In this document: positions 19,227 to 28,942 of the stretch, in pieces | Layout of the letters: every line of letters starts with the position of its first letter | How positions within the stretch are numbered: the first letter of the stretch is position 1 | The notes under the pieces: generated by a model | Databases searched by the model: none | The model's input: the letters and a program-made list of their open reading frames with translations, nothing else | Told to the model about the DNA's origin: nothing | Source of the DNA: an uncultured Gammaproteobacteria bacterium | Lineage (GTDB): Bacteria; Patescibacteriota; Patescibacteriia; Magasanikbacterales; GWA2-37-8 | Reading direction: 5' to 3' | NCBI GenBank assembly: GCA_964540825.1 | Contig: CAZINT010000003.1 | Coordinates: 19,250 to 83,249, forward strand | Length of the DNA stretch: 64,000 nucleotides | Translations under genes and position numbers: made by a program

Positions 19227-20912
19227 TTAAGCTGTAAAGGTGGCTGATGAGATGGGCTCTTTGGCAATAGTTTCATCGTCTTTACTCGGATCATTTTTGT
19301 GAACCATGGGTATCCAAAAGCCAAATTCGCTTCCTTTGCCAAGCCCCTGACTATGCGCCCAGATGCGCCCGCCATGTGTTTCAATAAACTTACGGCAAAC
19401 ATAGAGGCCAAGACCCGTGCCCGTAACATTAATGCCCTTAACATTTTCACCGCGATAAAACTTTTGGAAAAAATTTGCTTCGTCGATCTTATTAAATCCA
19501 AGACCATTGTCCGTAACAGTAACCGAAACGCCTGTTTCATCTTCAGCGAGCCCGACCGTAATTGAACCTTTGGTGCTGTACTTAATGGCGTTATCAATAA
19601 AATTAAAAATAACATGGCGCACTTTTTCATCATCAAATGATGGAGTAATTTGTTTTTTAGGTGCAGTCCACTTAATTTTAAGGCCTTTCTGTTCACCCCG
19701 GTCGCGCAATTCTTCGACAGCGCTGGTAATAACCTTCGAAATATCAGCTTCTTTAAAGGTAAACTTTGTGCGGCCTTGTTCGATACGCGTAATATCCAAA
19801 AATTCATCAACGAGCTTTGTAAGTCGGGCGTTACTTTCATCCATATTATCCAGCGTATCACGCATTTTTTTACCCACTTTACCATATCCGCCGTCTTTAA
19901 TAAGCTCAATATACCCGTTAATAATCGAAAGCGGTGTGCGGAGCTGATGTGCCGCAATAGATAGAAAGTCCGTTTTTTGACGATCAAGTTCTTGAAGCTG
20001 CGTATTAGCCTGCTCGAGCGACTCGGCCAGCGTCGTAATTTCTTCACGCTGTTTAATTTCATCGAGCACCGACCTAATCAGCAAAAGGCCGAAGATTGTT
20101 ACAACCATAACAACCACTAAACGAAAAACGATCTGTCCGACAGTCGGAGCAAACACAAGATCAGCTAAAAGGGCCAAAATCAACATGATGAGTGACATTT
20201 CGGTTACGACCGCCTTTATATTCATAAACTGGAACTTCGCAACCGCGTATCCGACGCCCGAAACAATAAACAACGTAAAAAATGGGCCTAATGCAATATA
20301 CAGGTAGTTGTGAAAGAAGGGTGACGGTAAAATGATGTTAAAATATCCGCCAAAAATAACCGCGATGATCATGCCGGTTAACAATGGAATCGACTGCTTT
20401 TTAAGCAGTGTATCAACTTGGGTAAGCCGGCGGCCAAACAAATACAATGCGCCGCAATAAAAGAATGAAAAATAACTCGCAAATAAAAAATAGCCCCAAG
20501 AGTTAAGCACGATTGAACGCGTACCATTCGGGAGCATGATTGCTTCTCGCACAATACCGCCTGGCCAGAGCAACACTATGCAAACAAGTGTAGTCGCAAG
20601 AAATAAAAACGTATGCGTTCGTCCGCTTAGTTTTTGCTGCTGCGGAAACAAATATACAAAGTTCCACAACGCAACCGCGATACCTATCCCAGCCACATAA
20701 ATGCCGCGCATTATTACAGCGGCGTATTCAAATGGAACGCGCAAAAATAACAAGAGCAGTACAGTCCAAACCGTGAGAAAAAAGGAAAAAAGGGTAAACG
20801 CAAGATTAACTTTATTCTTGGGATTATTTACCAGAATAAAGATGCTCATTAAAAAGTTGAAAACTCCGACGAAGAAAAGAAGATAGTCTTGAAAGCCTAG
20901 AGTAAAATTCAT
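19227..20912 (-). CDS. Membrane sensor histidine kinase (multi-TM N-terminus, HisKA + HATPase)
   Basis: AHQLRTPL H-box, NFIDNAIKY, DNGLG, GTGLGL; no adjacent response regulator. Confidence 0.92.
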   Translation of the reverse strand: MNFTLGFQDYLLFFVGVFNFLMSIFILVNNPKNKVNLAFTLFSFFLTVWTVLLLLFLRVPFEYAAVIMRGIYVAGIGIAVALWNFVYLFPQQQKLSGRTHTFLFLATTLVCIVLLWPGGIVREAIMLPNGTRSIVLNSWGYFLFASYFSFFYCGALYLFGRRLTQVDTLLKKQSIPLLTGMIIAVIFGGYFNIILPSPFFHNYLYIALGPFFTLFIVSGVGYAVAKFQFMNIKAVVTEMSLIMLILALLADLVFAPTVGQIVFRLVVVMVVTIFGLLLIRSVLDEIKQREEITTLAESLEQANTQLQELDRQKTDFLSIAAHQLRTPLSIINGYIELIKDGGYGKVGKKMRDTLDNMDESNARLTKLVDEFLDITRIEQGRTKFTFKEADISKVITSAVEELRDRGEQKGLKIKWTAPKKQITPSFDDEKVRHVIFNFIDNAIKYSTKGSITVGLAEDETGVSVTVTDNGLGFNKIDEANFFQKFYRGENVKGINVTGTGLGLYVCRKFIETHGGRIWAHSQGLGKGSEFGFWIPMVHKNDPSKDDETIAKEPISSATFTA

Positions 20913-21125
20913 ATAAAAAACACAGAAGCCGATGGATGGTTTGCTGACAACGTTCACTTGCGCGAACGGTATCATTATACCACACATCGGCTTTTCGCCC
21001 TACACCTTTCACCGTTCCTGGATCACCTACACAACAACACTGTTGCATTCATGTCCTAAGCGGACGCTCCTTTCGAGCGTACGGAGCATAGCGTTTTATT
21101 TTTACTTCTTCGCCCTTTTTTATTT

Positions 21126-22268
21126 TTAGGACTGGCGGTAAACAAATCCGCCGTATTGCGCGCCACCGCCGCCGGCGCCGACGAGCAGCCCAACGATCAG
21201 ATCGCCGGACTTCCCCCTCCGAAGAAGATCGATAAGCACACACACGCCGCTCACCACGGCCGGGTTGCCTTTCGTGCGCATGATGCGCGGCACAGCAGCC
21301 GGATCGTCGAGCAGGCTATCAGGCAGCTGACCACGCAGCCGCTTGATGACTCCATCGATGGCGAGCGAACTGGCCTGATGAAAGGCCAGGCCCGTGATGT
21401 CACCGGGTGAGATATTGTACTGCCGGAGTGTGGGTTGGACCATCTCCCAACCCGCGTACATGAGTCGCGGGAAGTTCTTGGCCACGTTATCAGCGTGCAT
21501 ATCGAACGACGCTTGAGCTATGTCTTCCAGCGGGTGGGTCCCGACTTTTCCATGAAAATCCATGAGAGGACAATCCAGATCGACCTGGTGGTCGTGGCTG
21601 AGGAATCCCACATCTCCGGACTGGAGCTCGAGCAGCAAGGCCGCCCCCATGTCGGAGAACATCACCTGACAGACCTTCCGGCCCATCTCCGGGCCGTAGT
21701 TCTTCCGAACCTCGGGCGTTGCCAGGTAGGTCGACGCCGAGTTCTGGACAAGGATCAGGGCGTAGCGCCCCGCCATGCCCGACCGAAGCTGGCCTTCCGC
21801 GAGGTTGAGCGCGGGCAAGAGGCCGGCGCAGCCGATCGAGAGCGGAAAGAGCTTGGTGTGACCACCCAGACCGAGGCCCTTGCGAATGGCACCCAGATCG
21901 TTCCCGAAACAAAGCGAATCGGGAGTGGCCGTGGCCACCACGACGAACCCGACTTGAGCCGGATCGATGCCCTGGATCGCCTCGCGGCCAGCGAGAATCG
22001 CCAGGTCATTGCCGCTGACACCGCCGTCTGCCCGGCTGCGCTTGACGAGCTGACCGCCCTCGCCCCTGACCATGTCGAGGCGACGCGCCTCGATCCCGAA
22101 GTGGTGTCTGGGGAGCCCAGCCGGCCAGAGCTTGTCGCGCTTCTCAAAATCACCCTGGTCTTTCGGGTACCGGATGTCGAACCCCTCGATGACCTCCTCG
22201 TTCGTGAAGGAGGTGGCGGGCTCGGCAACACCAGTACCAACAACAACCATGTTCTTTCTTGCAGTCAT
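21126..22268 (-). CDS. GC-rich islet gene; 3-oxoacyl-ACP synthase III (FabH/KAS III)-like condensing enzyme
   Basis: VVATATPD, IGCAG (Cys), FHQAS (His), GNPAVVS (Asn), C-terminal GAGG; AAGGAG SD before ATG 22268. Confidence 0.85.
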   Translation of the reverse strand: MTARKNMVVVGTGVAEPATSFTNEEVIEGFDIRYPKDQGDFEKRDKLWPAGLPRHHFGIEARRLDMVRGEGGQLVKRSRADGGVSGNDLAILAGREAIQGIDPAQVGFVVVATATPDSLCFGNDLGAIRKGLGLGGHTKLFPLSIGCAGLLPALNLAEGQLRSGMAGRYALILVQNSASTYLATPEVRKNYGPEMGRKVCQVMFSDMGAALLLELQSGDVGFLSHDHQVDLDCPLMDFHGKVGTHPLEDIAQASFDMHADNVAKNFPRLMYAGWEMVQPTLRQYNISPGDITGLAFHQASSLAIDGVIKRLRGQLPDSLLDDPAAVPRIMRTKGNPAVVSGVCVLIDLLRRGKSGDLIVGLLVGAGGGGAQYGGFVYRQS

Positions 22269-22451
22269 GACCTTCTCCTTGGTAATGATCACTCGACGGG
22301 GATATGAACAGGAATCTAACGTGAGAGCAACATTACCCCCAAATAACAATTCTTTTTTAAAAAAAGAATATTTAATCGGGATCAATGTTTGTTAGCTTGA
22401 TCGCAAAGACACCTTATACATACACTAAAAAAAGCTTTTTGGCAAGGGTGA

Positions 22452-23132
22452 CTATCCCCGTGCGCCGACCAGACCCCAAACTTTTTCACACCCAGCCGCG
22501 AGTAAAACACGGGCGCATTCGCCCAGCGTACTGCCCGTGGTATAGACATCATCAACTAAAATTATGTTTTTTGATCCAGATGCTTGAGCAGCCTTAAATG
22601 CGCCATCCAAATTATGCTCTCGACCTTGTTTATCGAGCCGCGCTTGGTGAGGCGTATTTTTAATACGAATTAGAATTTTTGGCTCGATGCGTACAGAATA
22701 TCCAAGGCGCCGAAGACTTGCAGCGGCCTGACCAGCTAAAACTAACGATTGATTAAATCCCCGTTCTCGCTCGCGGCCGGGATGGAGCGGGACCGGTACT
22801 AAAACCACTTCTTCGCTTGGACGGAGCCATTCCGGAGGCTGGAAAACAAAATAAGTATAAAATAACTTTTCCCAGAGCCCGGCGGTATCAAGTGCTCCCT
22901 GGTATTTTAGAGCTTTGATAAGTTTGGCAGGCGGACCATCTTCTTCATAATTAAATAAAGCCGTAAGCCCGGCGAGGGATCCTACGGCTTTATTTAAAGT
23001 ACTCTGCTCTACTAAAAAAGGAAATTCTTTTTGACACTTTTCACACCACCACGATCCTTCGGACGAACACGTTACACAAAAACAAGGAAACAAGACCGAA
23101 CTTAAGAAATTACTGAGCCGCTTAAACAACAT
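22452..23132 (-). CDS. comF: ComF family protein (Zn ribbon + PRTase)
   Basis: CxxC..CxxC, PVPLH..R.RERGFNQS, LVDDVYTTGST. Confidence 0.92.
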   Translation of the reverse strand: MLFKRLSNFLSSVLFPCFCVTCSSEGSWWCEKCQKEFPFLVEQSTLNKAVGSLAGLTALFNYEEDGPPAKLIKALKYQGALDTAGLWEKLFYTYFVFQPPEWLRPSEEVVLVPVPLHPGRERERGFNQSLVLAGQAAASLRRLGYSVRIEPKILIRIKNTPHQARLDKQGREHNLDGAFKAAQASGSKNIILVDDVYTTGSTLGECARVLLAAGCEKVWGLVGARG

Positions 23133-23161
23133 ACTAAAAGTACGCTTCGGCAAAAATAAAA

Positions 23162-23752
23162 TTATTTTCCCCAAACAAAATTACTGACCAGCCAAGTATC
23201 CCCTGTTTTTACCATGGAGACCGTTATATTTTGCTGTACGCTGCTTGGCACAGTTCCCTGCAGTTGATTTCGGACAGTTTTGAAAAAGAATTCTGCATTT
23301 GTTCCTGACCATTTTTGAACATCCATGGTTACTACTTGAGTGGTAACTCCGGTAAAGACAGCTGCTTTAGCGGTAGTTTTGGGTGCAATTTTTTGCCACA
23401 GCTCAGGGGTTACGAGCGAGCGCACTTCTTCAAGATTTTGTGAATTGTTATCGGTTGAATACGTTCCATAGCGTTCCACAAAAATACGGGCTAATTGTTT
23501 GGCACCATTTTGTTCAATTTCATCCGATGTACGAGCGCGAATCGGCAGTCCGGCGGGAATAGTTGTAGGCTGCTGGCCAGTTTCAATCGGTAGGGTTTCT
23601 CCCGGAGTTGTACTGGTAGAAGATGGTGTTTGGCTTGTTCCTGCAGGCGTATTTTTATTTCGTGAGCGAACAAAGAAAATAGCCCCGATTATAAGTCCGA
23701 CGACTACAACTACGCCAATAATGATAAAAATACGAGAACGGAGTGAAAGCAT
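23162..23752 (-). CDS. Bitopic membrane protein, probable VirB8/TcpC-like T4SS component
   Basis: Single TM, Pro/Thr linker, A..FVERYGTY...W.V NTF2-like pattern; directly downstream of virB4. Confidence 0.6.
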   Translation of the reverse strand: MLSLRSRIFIIIGVVVVVGLIIGAIFFVRSRNKNTPAGTSQTPSSTSTTPGETLPIETGQQPTTIPAGLPIRARTSDEIEQNGAKQLARIFVERYGTYSTDNNSQNLEEVRSLVTPELWQKIAPKTTAKAAVFTGVTTQVVTMDVQKWSGTNAEFFFKTVRNQLQGTVPSSVQQNITVSMVKTGDTWLVSNFVWGK

Positions 23753-23790
23753 ACAGTAAAATAATAAGTAAGCAGGTTAATACCAAATTT

Positions 23791-25671
23791 TTAAGCGGCG
23801 CTTTGCTGGTCAAATTCTTTTTTGGCTTTTTCAATATCCAAAAGCTGCTGCGGATTAGTAGTTACAATCTGGTCTTCGGTGTAGGACGCGACAACTTTAA
23901 TAGCGGCGTGCTTAAGCCCCGCAAAAAATATACCTTCCCCAATACCGCTTTCGAGGAGCAGATATTTTTCGCTGTCAGTCAGCAAGAACACTTTTTGGAT
24001 AAGATCAATTGCCGCCGGAGACTGACGCATCAGAAGCTGCAACGACGAGCTGGTAACAATGGCCTGACCGTACTGCGACTTTAAAAAGTCATTAACATCC
24101 TGAGTAATCGTCGTCACGCCAAGGAAATACTTGCGGCATCGTTTGACCAGCGCATAAATAAAGCGGGCACTATCTTCATGCTGCATGAGCCACCAGGCTT
24201 CATCAATAACGAGAATACGCTTTTTGCTTTCACTACGAACAACGTTCCAAATATAGTTAACAATAGCATAGATACCTAAGGGGCGCAGCTCATCTTCAAG
24301 ATCACGGACACTGAATACAACCAATTGGTTTTTCATGTCCACGTTTGTGGGCGAATTAAATAAGCCGCTAAATGTTCCTTCGGTAAACTTCTGAAGTTTC
24401 AAAATAAGCTGGCTTGAGCCTTCCATACCTTCCAAAATTTCTTGCAAATCCTGCATGATCGGCGGCTGAACCGTATTGAGATCCGCTTCGGCCGTGATAT
24501 CTTTTTTGGCATAGGTTTCAATGAGCGCCCTGTCGACAATGGAATCTTCTTCGGTGGTTATACCGCCAAGCATGATGCGCAAAAGCCCTTTGACGGTAAT
24601 AACCGCACCGCGAATAATATCTTCAGTCGAAAAATCTTTACCAGTCGGGCGCGGCAAATCAAACGGGTTAATTTTACTTTCACTTGAGAGTGAAATATTA
24701 ATATAGGTTCCACCAACCGCATCGGACAAATGTTTGTATTCCATTTCCGGGTCAATAATAATCACCTCGACGCCCATCATGAGACTGCGTAAAATTTCGA
24801 GTTTAATCGCATAACTTTTACCCGCACCAGAGGTCGCAAACACCACCATGTTAGCGTTCTGCAAAGAAAACCGGTCAAACAAAATAAGGCTGTTATTGTG
24901 GCGGTTGATGCCGTATAAAATACCATCGTCACTCGTAAGCTCTGCCGAAATAAACGGGAACGACGCGGCAATCGGCGACGAGTTCATGTTAAACGCAATC
25001 ATCAGCTCGTCATTACACAGCGGCAGCGTGGAGTTAAAACCCTGCTCGCCTTGGAACAATACTTTGCGGCTGCTGATCAGTTTAGCGCCGAAGATACCCT
25101 CGATGTCTTCCGAAATTTGATCCAGCTTTTCTTTGGTCTCGGCGTAGACAGTGACGTAAAAAGCAAATTGGAAAAAGTGCTCAACCCCCTGGGTTAAATT
25201 ATCGCGCAGCTGTTCAACATCGCGCAGCGCCGTCTCGCGGAGCGGATCCCTTGGGGCGCCCTTGTCGGCATCAGCGTTAATCTGGGCTTCGAGTGCACCA
25301 ACTTTGTTTTTGAGTTGTTTTAAAATAATTTCCGCCTTCACCGGATAAAAGAACATACTGATATCCATGGTGATCGACAAGTTAATCACCGGCGAACTCC
25401 AACCGATCGAAATATAACGGGGATATGAAACAATAAAAATCGTGCGGCAAAAAACCGTACCCAGTTGCAAAAAATTTGTTTCAACATTAAAGGCAGCGGG
25501 TGCAATAAGGTCGCGAATGGATACCACGCCTTCTCTGTAAATCCGCTCTTCTTCAAGCGTGATGAGTTCATCCTGCTCCTTTTTTTTGAGCACGGTTTCC
25601 TCGCTGACCATTTTTTTCTTGGCCAGTGATTCACTGTCTTTGCTGTTTAAAATCGACGGTTTAAAAGCCAT
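23791..25671 (-). CDS. VirB4-like T4SS ATPase
   Basis: ATSGAGKS Walker A, IIDPEMEY, INPFD, VIDEAW, RKY...ITQDVND. Confidence 0.92.
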   Translation of the reverse strand: MAFKPSILNSKDSESLAKKKMVSEETVLKKKEQDELITLEEERIYREGVVSIRDLIAPAAFNVETNFLQLGTVFCRTIFIVSYPRYISIGWSSPVINLSITMDISMFFYPVKAEIILKQLKNKVGALEAQINADADKGAPRDPLRETALRDVEQLRDNLTQGVEHFFQFAFYVTVYAETKEKLDQISEDIEGIFGAKLISSRKVLFQGEQGFNSTLPLCNDELMIAFNMNSSPIAASFPFISAELTSDDGILYGINRHNNSLILFDRFSLQNANMVVFATSGAGKSYAIKLEILRSLMMGVEVIIIDPEMEYKHLSDAVGGTYINISLSSESKINPFDLPRPTGKDFSTEDIIRGAVITVKGLLRIMLGGITTEEDSIVDRALIETYAKKDITAEADLNTVQPPIMQDLQEILEGMEGSSQLILKLQKFTEGTFSGLFNSPTNVDMKNQLVVFSVRDLEDELRPLGIYAIVNYIWNVVRSESKKRILVIDEAWWLMQHEDSARFIYALVKRCRKYFLGVTTITQDVNDFLKSQYGQAIVTSSSLQLLMRQSPAAIDLIQKVFLLTDSEKYLLLESGIGEGIFFAGLKHAAIKVVASYTEDQIVTTNPQQLLDIEKAKKEFDQQSAA

Positions 25672-25685
25672 ACAACTACAAAAAA

Positions 25686-26381
25686 TTAAACTCCTTCTTC
25701 CACCTGAAGGTCGCTAAGGGCCGGCAAGTGTTCGGTAAGCGCAATATCTGGATTATACGTTGAATAATAGAGCTCAATCAAAGCCTGTGTATCGAGCCTG
25801 ACTACCGTTAGGCCCATACTGCTGAGTCCTGATTCAATTTGCCTGACGCGCATATCTAAGTCGTATTTGCGTTTCAAAAATTTCTCTCCTTTAAGGTGCA
25901 CTGCATTGGCGGGATTGAAAATTTCACCGACCCGGGCAAAGAAACTTTTTTGACGATTGGAAACCGGATCATAGGGCACGATCACAAAAAACTGTTTGCT
26001 CATGATTTCGCCCAGGCTGATAAGTTCGGTAACGAACGATCGATAATCGGCAATCTGCGCACGCAAGAGTTCATTGACTTGTAAACGCTCTTTCTCGAGC
26101 AGCTTATCGAGGTAGGGTTTGATATAGAGCTTACGCGATTGGATAAGGACCTGCAGCGGGTATTCAAGTGAATTTAAAAACGATACATACGAAGAAATAA
26201 TAGCATTTTGCTCATCTTCGTTTTTGAGCGCAAAATTAATACTCGAGACAAGTAAAACAGCCCGGAGTGTTCCGTCTTTCATTACGACTGTATCGTTTTT
26301 GATTTCACCGATCAAAAGATGCAGTTGGGTCGGCGCGGTCCTTTTTTTATTTTTAGCTGCTTGTTTATTTTTCATACGCAC
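25686..26381 (-). CDS. TraC/VirB4-N-terminal-like T4SS accessory protein
   Basis: VSSINFALK..EQNAII..Y..FLNSL; lies between prgI and virB4. Confidence 0.75.
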   Translation of the reverse strand: MRMKNKQAAKNKKRTAPTQLHLLIGEIKNDTVVMKDGTLRAVLLVSSINFALKNEDEQNAIISSYVSFLNSLEYPLQVLIQSRKLYIKPYLDKLLEKERLQVNELLRAQIADYRSFVTELISLGEIMSKQFFVIVPYDPVSNRQKSFFARVGEIFNPANAVHLKGEKFLKRKYDLDMRVRQIESGLSSMGLTVVRLDTQALIELYYSTYNPDIALTEHLPALSDLQVEEGV

Positions 26382-26813
26382 TTATTCTGCTTTATAATAG
26401 CCGCCCGTGTTGACGAGGAGTGAAAGATTGCGAATACGCATTGCTGGCACTTGTTTTGCAAGCGCTTCATGCTCAAGCTCGGCTGCCGGAGCCATTTTGC
26501 GCAAATCGTTTAATTCACCGTTGGTGTAGGTTTTATCCCAAATTCGACGACTCGGCCGCTTGAGCGTCTGGACAACATTAAGTAAAAAATAATGAAAGGA
26601 CTGACCATTAATTTTGACAAATGCCAGGATAAGTGCGAGCCCGCCAATTAACGCCAGGGCAACGATAAACAAAGCGGTGTCAGCCAATTTGAAAATAATA
26701 AAAAGGAGCAGCCCCGCGACAAGTAAAATAATAAACTGACGGGTAGTCACTGGCCCAAAAATCTTATCTTCAACATCAATAAATTGTGGAACGGTAAATT
26801 GATTCATGTACAA
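26382..26813 (-). CDS. PrgI family (VirB3-like) protein
   Basis: VPQFIDVEDKIFGP.T.RQF, two TM helices. Confidence 0.88.
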   Translation of the reverse strand: MYMNQFTVPQFIDVEDKIFGPVTTRQFIILLVAGLLLFIIFKLADTALFIVALALIGGLALILAFVKINGQSFHYFLLNVVQTLKRPSRRIWDKTYTNGELNDLRKMAPAAELEHEALAKQVPAMRIRNLSLLVNTGGYYKAE

Positions 26814-26815
26814 AA

Positions 26816-27940
26816 TTATAACAATTCCTTTTCCATCGCGACGAGCGCTTCTATTTCGGCCATCTGGATTCTTTTTTTATCACTGAGAATGGCGCTCAGC
26901 GGCCGGTGTTCGCTTAGCCCTTGAGTCACCGCTTCCATATAGGCCAAATAGAGCGGCGAAGTTTGCCAAACTTCAAGTGCCCGCAAGTACAAAACAATCG
27001 ATTCTTCTTGAATATGTTTAAACTTTTCTCGCAGTTCGCGAGCTGCCTCGAGGGGATTATTGGATAAGCGTCTAAAGTCAGTCAGCGTAAATTGCTCCAA
27101 CTCTTCGATCGGACCGACTTCAAGACTTACCGCCGCAACATCCCGAACAAGCGGTTTTGATTCTGTGGCGCCGGATAAACTAAGCGGGCTTGCCGGCAGC
27201 GGCGCCCGGGCCATAGGTGAAACTAATTCAGTGCGTTCAGTCTGATTTTTGGGTTTGACTAAATCGTGTATTTCTAAGGGTGCGCTGGCAGCTGCAGCAA
27301 GTAACGCCGAGAATTCTTTAGAAGGCATTTTTTTTGCTGGAGCTGGAGGAATTTTTGACTGCGGCTGAGCTGCTATAGCTGCTGCTTTTTTAGGCGCACC
27401 ATGCTTAAAGGCATTAAACGGAGTTTGTGTAGAAGGAAAAGTATGGTGTTCTACAGCCGGTTCACGATTTTTTTGAAACTGCGTAGCGGGTTGATCGATC
27501 TCTAAATCTGGAACAGCTGTTTTTTTCTCAGTAATTTTAAAGGTAACTGCGCTGGCAGGAGTAGTTACATGTTTGGCGGCATCGGCCTGGCTGAGCACAT
27601 CATTTTTTTGTTCTTCAGTTAGCCCGAGCCCGCCCTCACCTATTTTACGAACCAATGCGTTTTCAGTATCCGCGCGCGTACGAATATCTTTGAGGTAGAG
27701 CTGCAAGACACTCCGCAACCGGTTTTGATTATCTGGTCCGACCATTTTTCCTACTTGTTTCATGATCGTTTCGACTTCGGCAGCCCGACCATCACTGGCA
27801 AGCGGCAGTGCTGGCGGGGTAGGCGCTGCAGGCATTGCCGTTTTTTTCTTGAGTTCGTTAAATTCAGCCAGCGTCATTCTGACCACAGTTCCATCGGCCT
27901 TTTTGACCGCTACCATTGGTTGTCCTCCTGCTGCTGCCAT
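26816..27940 (-). CDS. Hypothetical protein of the T4SS locus (Pro/Ala-rich linker, GPIEEL..DFRRL C-terminus)
   Basis: 374-aa ORF tightly packed in the operon. Confidence 0.75.
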   Translation of the reverse strand: MAAAGGQPMVAVKKADGTVVRMTLAEFNELKKKTAMPAAPTPPALPLASDGRAAEVETIMKQVGKMVGPDNQNRLRSVLQLYLKDIRTRADTENALVRKIGEGGLGLTEEQKNDVLSQADAAKHVTTPASAVTFKITEKKTAVPDLEIDQPATQFQKNREPAVEHHTFPSTQTPFNAFKHGAPKKAAAIAAQPQSKIPPAPAKKMPSKEFSALLAAAASAPLEIHDLVKPKNQTERTELVSPMARAPLPASPLSLSGATESKPLVRDVAAVSLEVGPIEELEQFTLTDFRRLSNNPLEAARELREKFKHIQEESIVLYLRALEVWQTSPLYLAYMEAVTQGLSEHRPLSAILSDKKRIQMAEIEALVAMEKELL

Positions 27941-27941
27941 A

Positions 27942-28925
27942 TTATGAATTTAGAAGGTCATCATTCCAATGAAATTTGCCATCGGCTTCGTTATAATAAT
28001 ACAAATCGAGTATCATCGCATCGTTATATGCTTCGGCGTATGAAGCGAGTTTACCTAGAACACCTTCGGCGTCGATAAATTGGCCGGAGGCATCTTGAGG
28101 AAACTCGGATTCAAGCAAATTTTTAATATTTTCGTAGGACGGTTTATTTATTGATTCATCTGCAGGGACACTGCCATCTTCAGCATCTTCTCCAATTCCT
28201 TGCTCGTTTTTGTCTCCAATATTTTTTGAAACCGAAACAGGCTGACTACTAGCTATAGTATATGTTTGCGGATGAATAAAAGTTTCTACAATGTACCAAA
28301 TCCTATTTGTTTTAACACCTAAAAAGAAATTAACAAGATCGATAAACTTTTCCACAATATCATCAGGATCAGCAAAAACGTATCCACCCGTCGCTTGTTC
28401 AGACGGAGAAAATAATTTATTTAACTTCGTTCTGAACGAAGCTTCTTCGAGAGAATCATTGCCTCGACTATTTAATAATTTTATTTCTTCTATCAACGCT
28501 TCAACAGTGGCGGGTTTACCCTGAAAAATACCCACCGGAAATTCTGACACCATGAAAGATCTAAGGATTTTGCTATACAAAGATTCAACCTCTGCCAGAT
28601 CAAACACTCTTAGACCAAAGTACCACAGCATTTTTTCTAATACGTCGTATTTTAAGAGAAACGCCATCGGTACCTGCCGCGCAAATAAATCTTCTACAAT
28701 ATCCTGAGCTTCCATTCTTTCCATATGGCGCCAGGACAAATCAACATACCACTTCCAATAAGAGAACTGAAAATTTTGTATATCTGAAAAATTTTTATTA
28801 GCAAAAAAACTTTTCAGCTCTTTCCACAGCAAAATTCGAGCGTCAAAAGTTTTGGTTAACTCGTCGAATTCTTGCTGCTTACGCTGAAGCTCGGCAGCGG
28901 TAAATTGTAGGGAGGTGATAAACAT
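27942..28925 (-). CDS. Hypothetical protein of the T4SS locus
   Basis: 327-aa ORF with 1-17 nt spacers to its neighbours. Confidence 0.75.
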   Translation of the reverse strand: MFITSLQFTAAELQRKQQEFDELTKTFDARILLWKELKSFFANKNFSDIQNFQFSYWKWYVDLSWRHMERMEAQDIVEDLFARQVPMAFLLKYDVLEKMLWYFGLRVFDLAEVESLYSKILRSFMVSEFPVGIFQGKPATVEALIEEIKLLNSRGNDSLEEASFRTKLNKLFSPSEQATGGYVFADPDDIVEKFIDLVNFFLGVKTNRIWYIVETFIHPQTYTIASSQPVSVSKNIGDKNEQGIGEDAEDGSVPADESINKPSYENIKNLLESEFPQDASGQFIDAEGVLGKLASYAEAYNDAMILDLYYYNEADGKFHWNDDLLNS

Positions 28926-28942
28926 TTTATTCTAAATAGAAC

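Noticed and set aside
19160-20062. 300-aa minus-strand ORF overlapping the kinase
   Set aside because: Alternate frame of a clear histidine kinase with no recognisable motifs.
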